A stretch of 64,000 nucleotides of DNA from Myxococcota bacterium (GTDB lineage Bacteria; Myxococcota_A; UBA796; CAJQPC01), in the NCBI GenBank assembly GCA_036012755.1, contig DASCPX010000091.1:39507-103506 (forward strand), written 5' to 3'. Positions 10,785-20,441 of the stretch are shown here, one piece after another. Within the stretch, counting starts at the first letter, position 1. Each line of letters begins with the position of its first letter. The notes below the pieces were generated by a model. It was given only the letters and a program-made list of their open reading frames with translations, was not told where the DNA came from and made no database searches. The position numbers and the translations under genes are program-made.

Positions 10785-13700
10785 ATGGGGGCCTTGCTCA
10801 CCACACTGCTCGCGCTGACTGGCTGCATCGTGGACGCGCCTCCGCCGTGGGTCGGAGAGTGCGCCGAGCACCCCGAGGGGATCTACGACTACGGCGAGAT
10901 CGGCATCGGCAGCTGCCTGGCCGGACCGGTGTCGCTGTCCTGGACCTCGGACGGCTCGCACCTCCTCGTCACCAACGCGAATCCCTTCCTCGACTTCACC
11001 GGCGGGAGCGTCAGCGCCATCGACGTCGAGGCCGCGCTCGCGGGGGCCGCGGACCAGGACGACGCCCGGGTCCTCGTCAGCGACGTGAGCCCGAGCGCTC
11101 TGGACATGCCCAGCTTCCCTTCCTACGGGGAGCTCGTCGCTGTGCGCGACCTGCTGCTGGTCCCGAACCGCCTCACAGAGAGCGCAAGGACCCGTGTCGG
11201 CTACGACGATCTCTACTTCGTCGATGTCTCCGATCCGGCCGAGCTCGCGTTCGCGGAGGTCGTCGAGGGCGGAGCCCACCACCTCGAGCTGAAGGACGAC
11301 CCGGCGCTGGTCGCCTACGACACGACCAGCGGGTACGCCTTCGTGGCGAACCTCACGACCCACAGCCTCTCGGTGGTGGACGTGCTCGCGGACCCGGTCG
11401 AGATCATCGACGCCGTCGACACGGCGAGGGTCTCACGGCCGCGCTTCTTCGACTCGGACGGCAGCGGCTCCCATGTCGAGGCCGCCCAGCCAGAGGTCCT
11501 CATCGCGGAGGCAGTCTTCGACCAGGAGTGGACGCTGTCCTACGCAGAGGGCAGCTACCGCGTCTGGAGTCCTCGAGCAGAGGGCGCCGTGCGGCTCACC
11601 AGCATCGGCGACGAGGACTGGTCCGAGTCTGCCCGGGGCGCCGAGATCGACGTCGATGAGCTCGGCCTCGTAGAGGTCTCGGACCCCCAGCCCTACGAGT
11701 CAGATGCTGACGCGGGCATGCTCACGATGACCTTCGTCGACGACGGCCGCATCCTCGCCGCCGACGCAGCCATCATCTCCGGCGAGTGGGACCTCCGGAG
11801 CTCGGCCTTGCTCAGCGAGAGAGAAGGCGACTGGGACGAGATCCTCGGCGGACCGATGGCGCTGGTCGAGGACGAGCGCCACTATCTCTTCTACGACGGC
11901 ACCTCTGCGGAGGGCGTGCAGTCCATCGGGCTCGCCTCCGGGACCGACGGGACCGTCTTCAGGCGGGACAACTCCGGGACACCCGTCCTGAGCCTGGACG
12001 GTGTCCAGCTCGCGGACCCGCACGTGCTCTACGACCGGCAGGCCGACATCTACCGCATGTTCTTCAGCATGGACGACGGCTCTGGCTGGGTCATCGGACA
12101 CGCTGAGTCCACCGATCTGTCGGCTTGGACCATCGACGAGGACGCGGTCTTCGTGCCGGAGGCGGGGGAGGCAGCCGCGCCGGTCGTGACCTACGGCAAC
12201 TTCGAGTTCCGCATGTGGACATCGCGGCTCGGCGACGACGGCATCTGGCGCCTCGGCGCAGCCCGCAGCGTCGACGGCCTGAGCTGGACGGACCTCGGGG
12301 TCGTCTCGGAGCTCGACGCCGCGGAGCCCGCCGACGGGACTCCGCCAGGGGTCGGACTCCAGTCCCAGATCCTGCGCAGCTTCATCCTCAGCGGCGACGA
12401 GTACGGCACGACCCAGCTCGCGGTCCATGGCGGCGACATCCTGAACGCTTCGGGCTTCGGCTTCCTGCTTCAGCTCAGCGCCGGGGCCATCCTGGGCACG
12501 CAGCACGTGGCCGGAGTCGGCGACAACGGCGTCACGGCCGAGAGCTGGTTGGTCGACGAAGGCCTCGTCTACCTCACCCTCACGGACGCCGACGGCACCA
12601 CCTCCGTTGGGGTCATCGGCTGGGACGGGGGCCCCGTCGGCGAGCCCTCCGTCCTCATCACCCCCGAGTCGGGGCCCTTCGATGGCTCGGTGAGCCACCC
12701 TGTCGTCTTCCCCTCCGCCGCCGGCTACACGATGCTCTTCGCGGGCCAGATCGACGGCCGGACCGCCATTGGGTCGGCGACCTCGACGGACGGCCTCGAC
12801 TTCACGGTCGGCGATGCGCTCGTCCTCGACAACGTAGAGGACTGGGAGTCGCTGCTCGTCGCCCCCGGCAGCGTGACCGTCGAGGACGATGGCAGCTTCT
12901 CGCTCTACTACACGGGCTCCGACGGGAGCCGGTCTCGCATCGGCCACGCCACCTCCTCGGATGGACAGACCTGGACACGCGCGGCGGGACCGAGCGAGGA
13001 CTGGCTCATCTCGACCGGCGCCCCCGGCTCCTTCGACGACTCGGCGGTGCGCCATCCCTTCGCGCTCGAGATCGACGGCGTCCAGCACATCTGGTACGCC
13101 GGCTTCGACGGCGACTTCTGGCGTATCGGTCACGTCTCTCGAGAGGCCGACAGCGGAGACGACTTCGAGCCCACGGAGGGCCTGGACGGAGACGCCCGCC
13201 CGGTCATCGACGGTATCGCCGGCAACTTCGACGCCATCGACGCCTACCGGCCGGTGGTGAGCTGGGACGGCAGCACGCTGGAGATGCTCTATACCGGTCG
13301 CGACGGTGGCATCGAGCGCGTCGGGCGCGCTTCCGGGACTCGTCCGGACCGGCTCTACCGAGACCCGGCTCGCCCGACCCTCGGTGACTTCGCACAGTTC
13401 ACCACGATGGCGGGTGACGACCAGGGTGACGGCGACATCTCGCTGGTGCGAGAGGTGGAGGGCCAGCTCGCGGAGGGGCTGGCGGCGAGCTTCCTCCACA
13501 TCGACGACGCGCGGGGCTTCCTCTACGTCGCGAGCAAGCTGCACAACTACATCTACATCATCGACATCCGAGACGACTCCACCGAGATGTGGGTCGACGC
13601 GAACTACCTCGACATCGAGGCGCTCCTGGTCGCCAACACGGACGTCGGCGCGCGCTCCTTCCGCGGGCTCCTCGCGCCCGAGGGCGAGCGCTGGCTCTAC

Positions 13701-14153
13701 GCGCTGAACACCCAGCCGGAGAGCATCATGCTCTTCGACCTCGACGAGGTCGAGGACGACGACCGGGCGACCCTCTTTCCGGACGCTGTCGCTGGTTACA
13801 TCCCCGCTCCCCGTGCCATCGAGCGCGACGCGGGCCTAGAGTCCATGACCGCGCTGGGGCCTGCCCAGCTCGTCATGCTGGGCGACCGGATGCTGGTGTC
13901 GAACTTCAACGCCAACAGCGTGGGTGTCTACGACCTCCGCCTGGGGCTCTTCGGCGAACTCGTCGACGAGGTCGACCTGCTCGGCGAGAACCCCCACGCG
14001 CTCGCCTTGTCCCCGGACGGCACGATGCTGGCGGTCGGGAACTACGTAGGCGAGATCATCGACGGTCGGGTCAGCTCCACGGTCGTCATCCTCGACGTCG
14101 ACGAGACCAGCCCGACCTACCTCGAGGTCCTCGCTCGGGTGGCGAACCAATGA
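10785..14153 (+). CDS. Large acidic lipoprotein with YVTN-like and glycosidase-like (GH43/GH130-type five-blade) beta-propeller repeats
   Basis: LALTGC lipobox; at least 7 blades of P.V....y.m.y.G......IG.A.S.DG..W; YVTN-like ends (GENPHALALSPDG). Confidence 0.8.
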   Translation: MGALLTTLLALTGCIVDAPPPWVGECAEHPEGIYDYGEIGIGSCLAGPVSLSWTSDGSHLLVTNANPFLDFTGGSVSAIDVEAALAGAADQDDARVLVSDVSPSALDMPSFPSYGELVAVRDLLLVPNRLTESARTRVGYDDLYFVDVSDPAELAFAEVVEGGAHHLELKDDPALVAYDTTSGYAFVANLTTHSLSVVDVLADPVEIIDAVDTARVSRPRFFDSDGSGSHVEAAQPEVLIAEAVFDQEWTLSYAEGSYRVWSPRAEGAVRLTSIGDEDWSESARGAEIDVDELGLVEVSDPQPYESDADAGMLTMTFVDDGRILAADAAIISGEWDLRSSALLSEREGDWDEILGGPMALVEDERHYLFYDGTSAEGVQSIGLASGTDGTVFRRDNSGTPVLSLDGVQLADPHVLYDRQADIYRMFFSMDDGSGWVIGHAESTDLSAWTIDEDAVFVPEAGEAAAPVVTYGNFEFRMWTSRLGDDGIWRLGAARSVDGLSWTDLGVVSELDAAEPADGTPPGVGLQSQILRSFILSGDEYGTTQLAVHGGDILNASGFGFLLQLSAGAILGTQHVAGVGDNGVTAESWLVDEGLVYLTLTDADGTTSVGVIGWDGGPVGEPSVLITPESGPFDGSVSHPVVFPSAAGYTMLFAGQIDGRTAIGSATSTDGLDFTVGDALVLDNVEDWESLLVAPGSVTVEDDGSFSLYYTGSDGSRSRIGHATSSDGQTWTRAAGPSEDWLISTGAPGSFDDSAVRHPFALEIDGVQHIWYAGFDGDFWRIGHVSREADSGDDFEPTEGLDGDARPVIDGIAGNFDAIDAYRPVVSWDGSTLEMLYTGRDGGIERVGRASGTRPDRLYRDPARPTLGDFAQFTTMAGDDQGDGDISLVREVEGQLAEGLAASFLHIDDARGFLYVASKLHNYIYIIDIRDDSTEMWVDANYLDIEALLVANTDVGARSFRGLLAPEGERWLYALNTQPESIMLFDLDEVEDDDRATLFPDAVAGYIPAPRAIERDAGLESMTALGPAQLVMLGDRMLVSNFNANSVGVYDLRLGLFGELVDEVDLLGENPHALALSPDGTMLAVGNYVGEIIDGRVSSTVVILDVDETSPTYLEVLARVANQ

Positions 14154-15994
14154 GCCTTCTGCTGCTCGCCGCCTGCCTCAACGAGACGACCTTCATCGAG
14201 GGTCACTTCGACGGCCCGACCTCTGTGGCGGTGCTGCACGCCGAGACGGGCGGCCCCTTCTACGAGCCCGTTGCCTTCGTCTCCAACAGCCGCTCCGGCC
14301 TCATCGTGCCCCTGGACGTCAAGCACGGCTGGCTCCTGGCCGACGACCGCGCCTCGCCCTTCCTGGAGGCTCAGCCAATACCGACCGGCGCCGACCGCAT
14401 CCTCGGGGAGATCGCCGTGTTCGCTCCGGACACGGAGCACATCTCGCTCTTCGTCGCCGACAACAAGACCGCCACCTTGCTGACGGTCGACTACATCCAG
14501 GGGATCGGTGGCGACGGTGCCTTCATCCACTCCCGACCGCGCCTGGTCGGCGAGGTGGACTTCGTCGACGCCGACGGCAGCGGCGATGCTGCGACCCTCG
14601 ACGGCCTGGAGCTCCGGAGCGGGTATGCGACCACCGAGGACTGGGTCCTTCAGTTCGACGGCACCTCGTGGGAAGTCACCGGCAGCCGCTCGGGGGACCA
14701 GGCCTTCGACGCTCGCACCCTCGAGCCCTACAGCACCGACGACGGCGCCCTCCACTTCCTGATCTCCGGGGCAGCGACCAAGGGAGACCGCTTCGAATTC
14801 TCGGTGGACAGCGGGGTAGGGGAGATCGACCTCGCCGGTGTGGTCGGGGGCCTCTACATGTCCCCCGTCCAGGACTGGCTCTACGCGGCGGTGACCTCGC
14901 TCGAGGACGGCACGGGGCGCGTCGCGGTCATCGACCCGACCACAGGGCTCGAAAGAGGCAGCCTGGATCTGCCTGAGGATGCCAGGCCCCATCGCTTCAG
15001 CGGTGACCTCTCGGGCGACCTGATCTACGTCAGCGACGCCCGCAGCGGCGCGGTCTACGAGGTCATCGTCGACCCGATCGACCCCACCAGCTCCGCTGTG
15101 CGCACCCTGGAGATGCCCGGGCCGGTGATCGACGTCGCCTACCAGGCGGACGAACACTACGAGCACCTCTTCGTCGCGCTCGCCGGCGACACCCAGCTCC
15201 ACCTCTACGATCTCGTCGCGGACGCCTGGAAGGACATCAACACGGCGACGCCAGAGGTCGACGCCATCGAGCTCCAGACCCCCATCACCGGCCTCGCGAC
15301 CGGCCTCGATCGCATCCTGCTCCAGCAGTTCGGTCCCAACGGCACCCGGGCATCCGATCGCGTCGTCGTGGCCAGCACCTTCGAGGGCGTCCTGACCACC
15401 ATAGAGGCCGGCACTGGCTGCCTGATGGTGGACGAGAGCGGTCCCTTCGCCACCATGGACACGGACCTGCCATTCGACGACGAGGGCGAGACCAGCACCC
15501 CTTCTCTCGAGGCCAGCGGAGCGACTGGCCGCGCTGTGCAGGTCAACTCGTGCGGCGGTATCGCCAGGACCCAGACCTGGGTCCTGACCTACGACGGCTC
15601 CCTGGGCGCCTGGGTGGCCGAGGGGGCTCGCAGCGGCGTGCAGGACAACCTCGTCTACGAGGACGAGCGGTACGTGAGCGACAGCGGGGAGATCTCGCTC
15701 CTGGTGCGCTCCGGCACCCTGCCTTCGACCAGCGGGGACCGCTTCATGTTCCACGTCGACAGCGGCGTCGCAGAGGTCGACGGCGACATCAGCGGTGACG
15801 GCGTCGTCGCCGGAGACGAGCCGCGCCTCGAGATCCCGACCCGACCAGTGCCCTTCAGCTACCTCGCGGGTCCCGACGCGGAGTCATGGGGAGAGGTCAA
15901 CCGCAAGGTCGGCGTGCTCTGGCCCCAGCAGAACGCGGACATGGTGCTTCGGGTCAACCTCGAGGCCAACAAGATCGAGGTCATCTGGGACTGA
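14150..15994 (+). CDS. Acidic lipoprotein, beta-propeller plus duplicated beta-sandwich repeat
   Basis: ATGA overlap; MSLLLLAAC leader; two copies of W.L.f/yDG..W...G.RSG.Q.....Y..D.G......SG...GDRF.F.VDSGV. Confidence 0.8.
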   Translation: MSLLLLAACLNETTFIEGHFDGPTSVAVLHAETGGPFYEPVAFVSNSRSGLIVPLDVKHGWLLADDRASPFLEAQPIPTGADRILGEIAVFAPDTEHISLFVADNKTATLLTVDYIQGIGGDGAFIHSRPRLVGEVDFVDADGSGDAATLDGLELRSGYATTEDWVLQFDGTSWEVTGSRSGDQAFDARTLEPYSTDDGALHFLISGAATKGDRFEFSVDSGVGEIDLAGVVGGLYMSPVQDWLYAAVTSLEDGTGRVAVIDPTTGLERGSLDLPEDARPHRFSGDLSGDLIYVSDARSGAVYEVIVDPIDPTSSAVRTLEMPGPVIDVAYQADEHYEHLFVALAGDTQLHLYDLVADAWKDINTATPEVDAIELQTPITGLATGLDRILLQQFGPNGTRASDRVVVASTFEGVLTTIEAGTGCLMVDESGPFATMDTDLPFDDEGETSTPSLEASGATGRAVQVNSCGGIARTQTWVLTYDGSLGAWVAEGARSGVQDNLVYEDERYVSDSGEISLLVRSGTLPSTSGDRFMFHVDSGVAEVDGDISGDGVVAGDEPRLEIPTRPVPFSYLAGPDAESWGEVNRKVGVLWPQQNADMVLRVNLEANKIEVIWD

Positions 15995-17130
15995 TCTCCC
16001 TGCTCGCGGCCACGCCCCCGCCCATCGTCGGCGGCAGCGAAGTGCCCGAAAGTCGCTGGCCCTCCGCGGCCTCGATCCACTACGACGACCTGCCTGGTTG
16101 CAGCGGGGTGCTGGTGCATCCAGAGCTGGTCCTGACCGCTGGCCACTGTGCCTCCGAGACCCTGGACGCCGTCGCACTCGGCGGGGTGGACCTCGATGAT
16201 CCGGCGGGCTTCGAGTGGCTGGACGTCGAGGAGGTCCACACCCACGACGACCACTGGAACACGAACGATGTCAGTGTGTTGGTGCTATCCGAGCCTGCCA
16301 CGACGTCGCCGGCGAGGCTCGCGTTGGGGTGCGCCGCGGCCTTCGTCGTCGACGGCGCGGCGGCCAGGATCGTGGGCTTCGGCAACACCGAGACCGACGG
16401 TGGCGGGGCGACCTCCCTGCTCCACGAGGCCGACGTCGAGATCGTCGCGGCCGACTGCCAGGACGCCTCGCGCGGCTGCAACGTCGGCTTCAACGACCTC
16501 ATCGCCGGGGGCGAGGGTGTCGACACCTGCGTCGGTGACTCGGGGGGACCGCTCTTTCTCTGGGGGCCCAATGGGCAGCCCTACCTCGCGGCGACGACCT
16601 CTCGGGCCGCGCTCCCTTCGACCCGCACCTGCGGAGACGGCGGCATCTACGTCCGCGTCGATGGACTCGCCGAGTGGATCGAGGAGGTCTCGGGGCTGAG
16701 TCTCGAGACCCCCGACTGCGGAGAGTTCGAGAACACACCGCCTCAGCCAGCGCCTCTGCGGATGTCGTTGCGGGTCGGTGAGACAGCGACCGAGTTGCTC
16801 AGCGCAGAGGACCCCGACCCGGGCCAGGTCATCACATGGTCCCTGGCCGCCCCGGCGACCCTGGGCACGGCCACCCTGGAGGAGGCGACCCTGACCTACG
16901 AAGCCCGTGAGGAGGGAGAGGAGTCCTTGCTGATCGAGGTCGACGACGGCATCGACGCGGTGGACCTCGAGGTCCCCGTGAGCGTGTCGGCGGCACCTCC
17001 GGATCCCGTCGTGGATCCCGAGCCCCGCAATGGGTGCGCCCACGCTCCCGGAGGCCGCTTCTGGGTGGTGCTGCTCGGCGGCGCCTGGTTGGTCGGCCGG
17101 GGCTCGGCCAGCGATAGAGCTAGAGCCTGA
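15991..17130 (+). CDS. Trypsin-like (S1) serine protease with Ig/cadherin-like domain and MYXO-CTERM-like tail
   Basis: IVGG mature N-terminus, LTAGHC, NDVSVL, GDSGGP; tail GCAHAPG-hydrophobic-R; start inferred at CTG overlapping the upstream TGA. Confidence 0.85.
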   Translation: MISLLAATPPPIVGGSEVPESRWPSAASIHYDDLPGCSGVLVHPELVLTAGHCASETLDAVALGGVDLDDPAGFEWLDVEEVHTHDDHWNTNDVSVLVLSEPATTSPARLALGCAAAFVVDGAAARIVGFGNTETDGGGATSLLHEADVEIVAADCQDASRGCNVGFNDLIAGGEGVDTCVGDSGGPLFLWGPNGQPYLAATTSRAALPSTRTCGDGGIYVRVDGLAEWIEEVSGLSLETPDCGEFENTPPQPAPLRMSLRVGETATELLSAEDPDPGQVITWSLAAPATLGTATLEEATLTYEAREEGEESLLIEVDDGIDAVDLEVPVSVSAAPPDPVVDPEPRNGCAHAPGGRFWVVLLGGAWLVGRGSASDRARA

Positions 17131-18739
17131 TCGCGTCGCGTCGGCGGTTGTCGCCCAGCTCCGTGTCGATGTCGTCGATCAGGCTGAGGAGGTCCTCGAC
17201 GTGGGCCGTGTCGGTTCCGGAGCGCTCCAGCGTCAACAGGTGGGAGAGGGTCCGCCGCGCTCCGGAGAGGTCACCGACTCGGACCGCCTCGACGACGGCG
17301 AGTTCGTAGTGTTCGGCGGCCTCCAGGCGCCTGCCACGTGCGGCGGCGATGTCGCCGCGGAGTCGGATGGCCCCAGCGGCGCTGGCTCGGTGACCGCAGC
17401 GCTGGAGGAGAGGGATGGCGCGGGCCAGCAGGTCCATCGCGCTGTCGTGGTGGCCACGGCGGAGGGCGACGTCGGCTTTTCGGCGGGCTACCGCGGCCTG
17501 GAGGACCGGGACGCCGGGGGCGAGGTCTCGGGCCTCGTCCAGGCGGGTAGTCGCGCTGCGGAGGTCACCGCGCGCCAGCGCGAGCGAGGCCTGGCCAACC
17601 CGCAGGGCAGCCCGCTCCAGGTCCCCCTCGATCGATTGGAAGTCCTCCAGGATCTCCGTGGACTGCTCGAAAATGGCGTCGGCGGCAAGCGCCTCGTTCC
17701 GGGCAAGGGCGATCTCCGCCGAACCCCGCAGTCCGGCCGCGAGGCCCATGAGGGTGCCCGCCCTCCGATGGTGCACCCGCGCCCGCCGCAGGCGCTCCGC
17801 CGCCTCATCCCGCAGTCCCCGCGTCGCCAGGGAGGCTCCGCTTCCTTGCAACAGAGCGGCCGCGAGCTCATGCTCGCCGAGCCGCTCGAAGCGGTCGATC
17901 GCGTCCCGATGCCAGCCGGTCGCGTCCGCATGCAGACCGAAGGCGCTGAGCACATCCCCGCCCGCCCAGTCCAACAGCGCCTGCTCGCGGGAGCCGAGGA
18001 CCGGATCCCGCGCACCGTCGAGCAGGCTACGAGCCAGCGGCAGCTGCCCGCTAACCGCGACCATCCGCACGGCCGCGGCGGCCGCTACCGCGCGCTCGGC
18101 CGGGGAGGGGAGGTGGCGCGCGAGGAAGCGCACCAGGAGGATGTCCTTGTGCTCGACGAGAGCACGCGGCGTGGCGCCCCACGCCAGCTGGAGCCAGCCG
18201 TCGGCGTGCGGACACAGGCTACGGGCGACCAGGTACTCCTCGCCGGGCTCCGCTGACAGGAGCCCGCGGACCACCGGATCGGCAGAGCGGCCACGACGGC
18301 CGACGACCTCGACCGGGTGGGCGCTGCCCAGACCAAGTGGTTGGGCCGTCGTGAACAACCAGCGGACCCCGAGGGCCATCGCCCGCAGGGTGTGGAAGGC
18401 TACGGTGGCCTCGGGCACCGTGTCCTCGAGCACGACGAGCGGTGCCCCGAGGCGGCGCAGCGTCTCTCCGACGGCCGTGGCGTCTCCAGGGAGCGGAAGG
18501 TCCAGGGCGAAGCCGATCGCACGGAGCACGTCGTGCTCGTCCTGGCAACCCGCGAGGCTGGCCCGGACCGGAGGCGCGTCGATGTGGCTGGCGGCTGCGG
18601 CCGCGAGCTGAGATGCGACCACGCCCGAGTCCGCCACGAGCTCTACGACGGCCCCAGAAGCCTGCAGCGCGAGGGCCAGCTCTGCGGCGTGCTCGAGGTG
18701 GGCTCCGTCCAGGTCTTCGGGGCGCGCGGCAGGCAGCAT
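17120..18739 (-). CDS. TPR-containing protein with degenerate STAND-like ATPase N-domain
   Basis: Ala/Leu-rich TPR-like C-half; N-half aligns by eye to the predicted-ATPase pattern but lacks GKT. Confidence 0.6.
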   Translation of the reverse strand: MLPAARPEDLDGAHLEHAAELALALQASGAVVELVADSGVVASQLAAAAASHIDAPPVRASLAGCQDEHDVLRAIGFALDLPLPGDATAVGETLRRLGAPLVVLEDTVPEATVAFHTLRAMALGVRWLFTTAQPLGLGSAHPVEVVGRRGRSADPVVRGLLSAEPGEEYLVARSLCPHADGWLQLAWGATPRALVEHKDILLVRFLARHLPSPAERAVAAAAAVRMVAVSGQLPLARSLLDGARDPVLGSREQALLDWAGGDVLSAFGLHADATGWHRDAIDRFERLGEHELAAALLQGSGASLATRGLRDEAAERLRRARVHHRRAGTLMGLAAGLRGSAEIALARNEALAADAIFEQSTEILEDFQSIEGDLERAALRVGQASLALARGDLRSATTRLDEARDLAPGVPVLQAAVARRKADVALRRGHHDSAMDLLARAIPLLQRCGHRASAAGAIRLRGDIAAARGRRLEAAEHYELAVVEAVRVGDLSGARRTLSHLLTLERSGTDTAHVEDLLSLIDDIDTELGDNRRRDAIRL

Positions 18740-18779
18740 CGGGTTAGTCCGTCCGCCCCCAAGTTAGCGGATTGGCAGC

Positions 18780-19628
18780 ATGTCGAACATCAACACCCTC
18801 GGCGTCGTCGGCGCTGGCCAGATGGGCAACGGCATCGCCCACGTGGCCGCACTCTCGGGGCTGGACGTCATCCTCTCCGACGTGAACGACGCGGCCCTGG
18901 AGCGAGCACGGGGCACCATCGACAGGAACATGGGTCGGCTCGTCCGAAAGGAGCGGATCACCGAGGCAGATGCGACCGCCGCGGTCGCACGGATCCGCAC
19001 CTACACCGATCTCGCTGCGCACGAAGGCGCCGACCTCGTCGTCGAAGCCGCGACGGAGCGAGTGGACCTCAAGCTGGACATCTTCCAGAAGCTCTCGACC
19101 CTGACGCCGGCCTCGACGCTGCTGGTGTCGAACACGAGCTCGATCAGCATCACGCTGATCGCGGCGAACACGGACCGCCCGGAGAAGTGCATGGGCATGC
19201 ACTTCATGAACCCGGTTCCGGTCATGAAACTCGTCGAGCTCATCCGGGGCCTCGCGACCAGCGACGAGACCTACGCCGCCGTCGACGCTGTCGCGCAGAG
19301 GATGGGCAAGACCACCGTCGAGGGTCGGGACATGCCCGGCTTCATCGTGAACCGCGTGCTCATGCCCTACATCAACGAGGCCGCGTACGCCCTGTACGAG
19401 GGCATCGCCAGCGTAGAGGACATCGACACCGCCATGAAGCTCGGCACCAACGTGCCCATGGGCCCACTGACGCTGGCGGACTTCATCGGTCTGGACACCT
19501 GCCTGGCCATCATGGAGGTCCTCCACGGCGGCGGCGACAGCAAGTACCGCCCTTGTCCGCTCCTTCGGAAGTACGTCGAGGCTGGCTGGCTCGGCCGCAA
19601 GAGCGGTCGCGGTTTCTACACCTACTAG
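18780..19628 (+). CDS. hbd: 3-hydroxybutyryl-CoA (3-hydroxyacyl-CoA) dehydrogenase
   Basis: GAGQMGNGIA, SNTSSISIT, GMHFMNPVPVMKLVE, PGFIVNR, PMGPL.LADFIGLD, LGRKSGRGFY. Confidence 0.92.
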   Translation: MSNINTLGVVGAGQMGNGIAHVAALSGLDVILSDVNDAALERARGTIDRNMGRLVRKERITEADATAAVARIRTYTDLAAHEGADLVVEAATERVDLKLDIFQKLSTLTPASTLLVSNTSSISITLIAANTDRPEKCMGMHFMNPVPVMKLVELIRGLATSDETYAAVDAVAQRMGKTTVEGRDMPGFIVNRVLMPYINEAAYALYEGIASVEDIDTAMKLGTNVPMGPLTLADFIGLDTCLAIMEVLHGGGDSKYRPCPLLRKYVEAGWLGRKSGRGFYTY

Positions 19629-19638
19629 GGGTCTCCGA

Positions 19639-20439
19639 ATGTCCGAACAGACCGTCCACCTCTATGGCTGCTTGAAGCTCGCCTTCGAGGACGAGGGCAT
19701 AGCGCTGATCACGCTGAACCGCCCCAAGGCGCTCAACGCGCTGAACACCGCCATGGTCGAGGAGCTGGGCGAAGCCCTGGACGAGGTCGGCGCCCGCACG
19801 GGGCTCCGGGCCCTGATCCTCACCGGCGCAGGAAACCGGGCCTTCGCCGCCGGCGCCGACATCAGCCAGATGCGTGACTTCACGCCCGCGATGGCGACCT
19901 GGTTCGCGGAGAAGGGTCAGCGCATCTTCAGCCGACTGGAGAGCTTCCCGCTGCCGGTCATCGCCGCCGTCAACGGCTTCGCCCTCGGCGGCGGCTGCGA
20001 GCTGGCCATGGCCTGCGACCTCATCCTGGCCAGTCAATCGGCCGTCTTCGGGCAGCCCGAGGTGAAGCTGGGGGTCATCCCTGGCTTCGGTGGCAGCCAG
20101 CGCCTGGCTCGGCTGGTCGGTCGCCAGCGCGCCCGGGAGATCTGCCTGACCGGTCGCAGCGTGCGCGCGGAGGAGGCCGAGCGCATCGGTCTCGCGCTCC
20201 GCGTGGTGGACGGAGACGTGCTCTCCGCCGCCCGTGACCTCGCGCGTATGCTCGCGGGCAACGGGCCCCGAGCGGTCTCCCTCTGCAAGCGCGCCATCAA
20301 CGACGGCGTCGACCTGCCCATGGGACCCGCGCTGGCCCACGAGGCCCAGCTCTTTGGTGCCTGCTTTGCCACAGACGACCAGGTGGAGGGCATGAGCGCC
20401 TTCCTCGAAAAGCGCAAAGCCGACTTCAAGGGGCGCTGA
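19639..20439 (+). CDS. crt: Enoyl-CoA hydratase (crotonase)
   Basis: LNRPKALNAL, AF.AGADI, GFALGGGCELA, FGQPEVKLG..PGFGG.QRL. Confidence 0.9.
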   Translation: MSEQTVHLYGCLKLAFEDEGIALITLNRPKALNALNTAMVEELGEALDEVGARTGLRALILTGAGNRAFAAGADISQMRDFTPAMATWFAEKGQRIFSRLESFPLPVIAAVNGFALGGGCELAMACDLILASQSAVFGQPEVKLGVIPGFGGSQRLARLVGRQRAREICLTGRSVRAEEAERIGLALRVVDGDVLSAARDLARMLAGNGPRAVSLCKRAINDGVDLPMGPALAHEAQLFGACFATDDQVEGMSAFLEKRKADFKGR

Positions 20440-20441
20440 GC

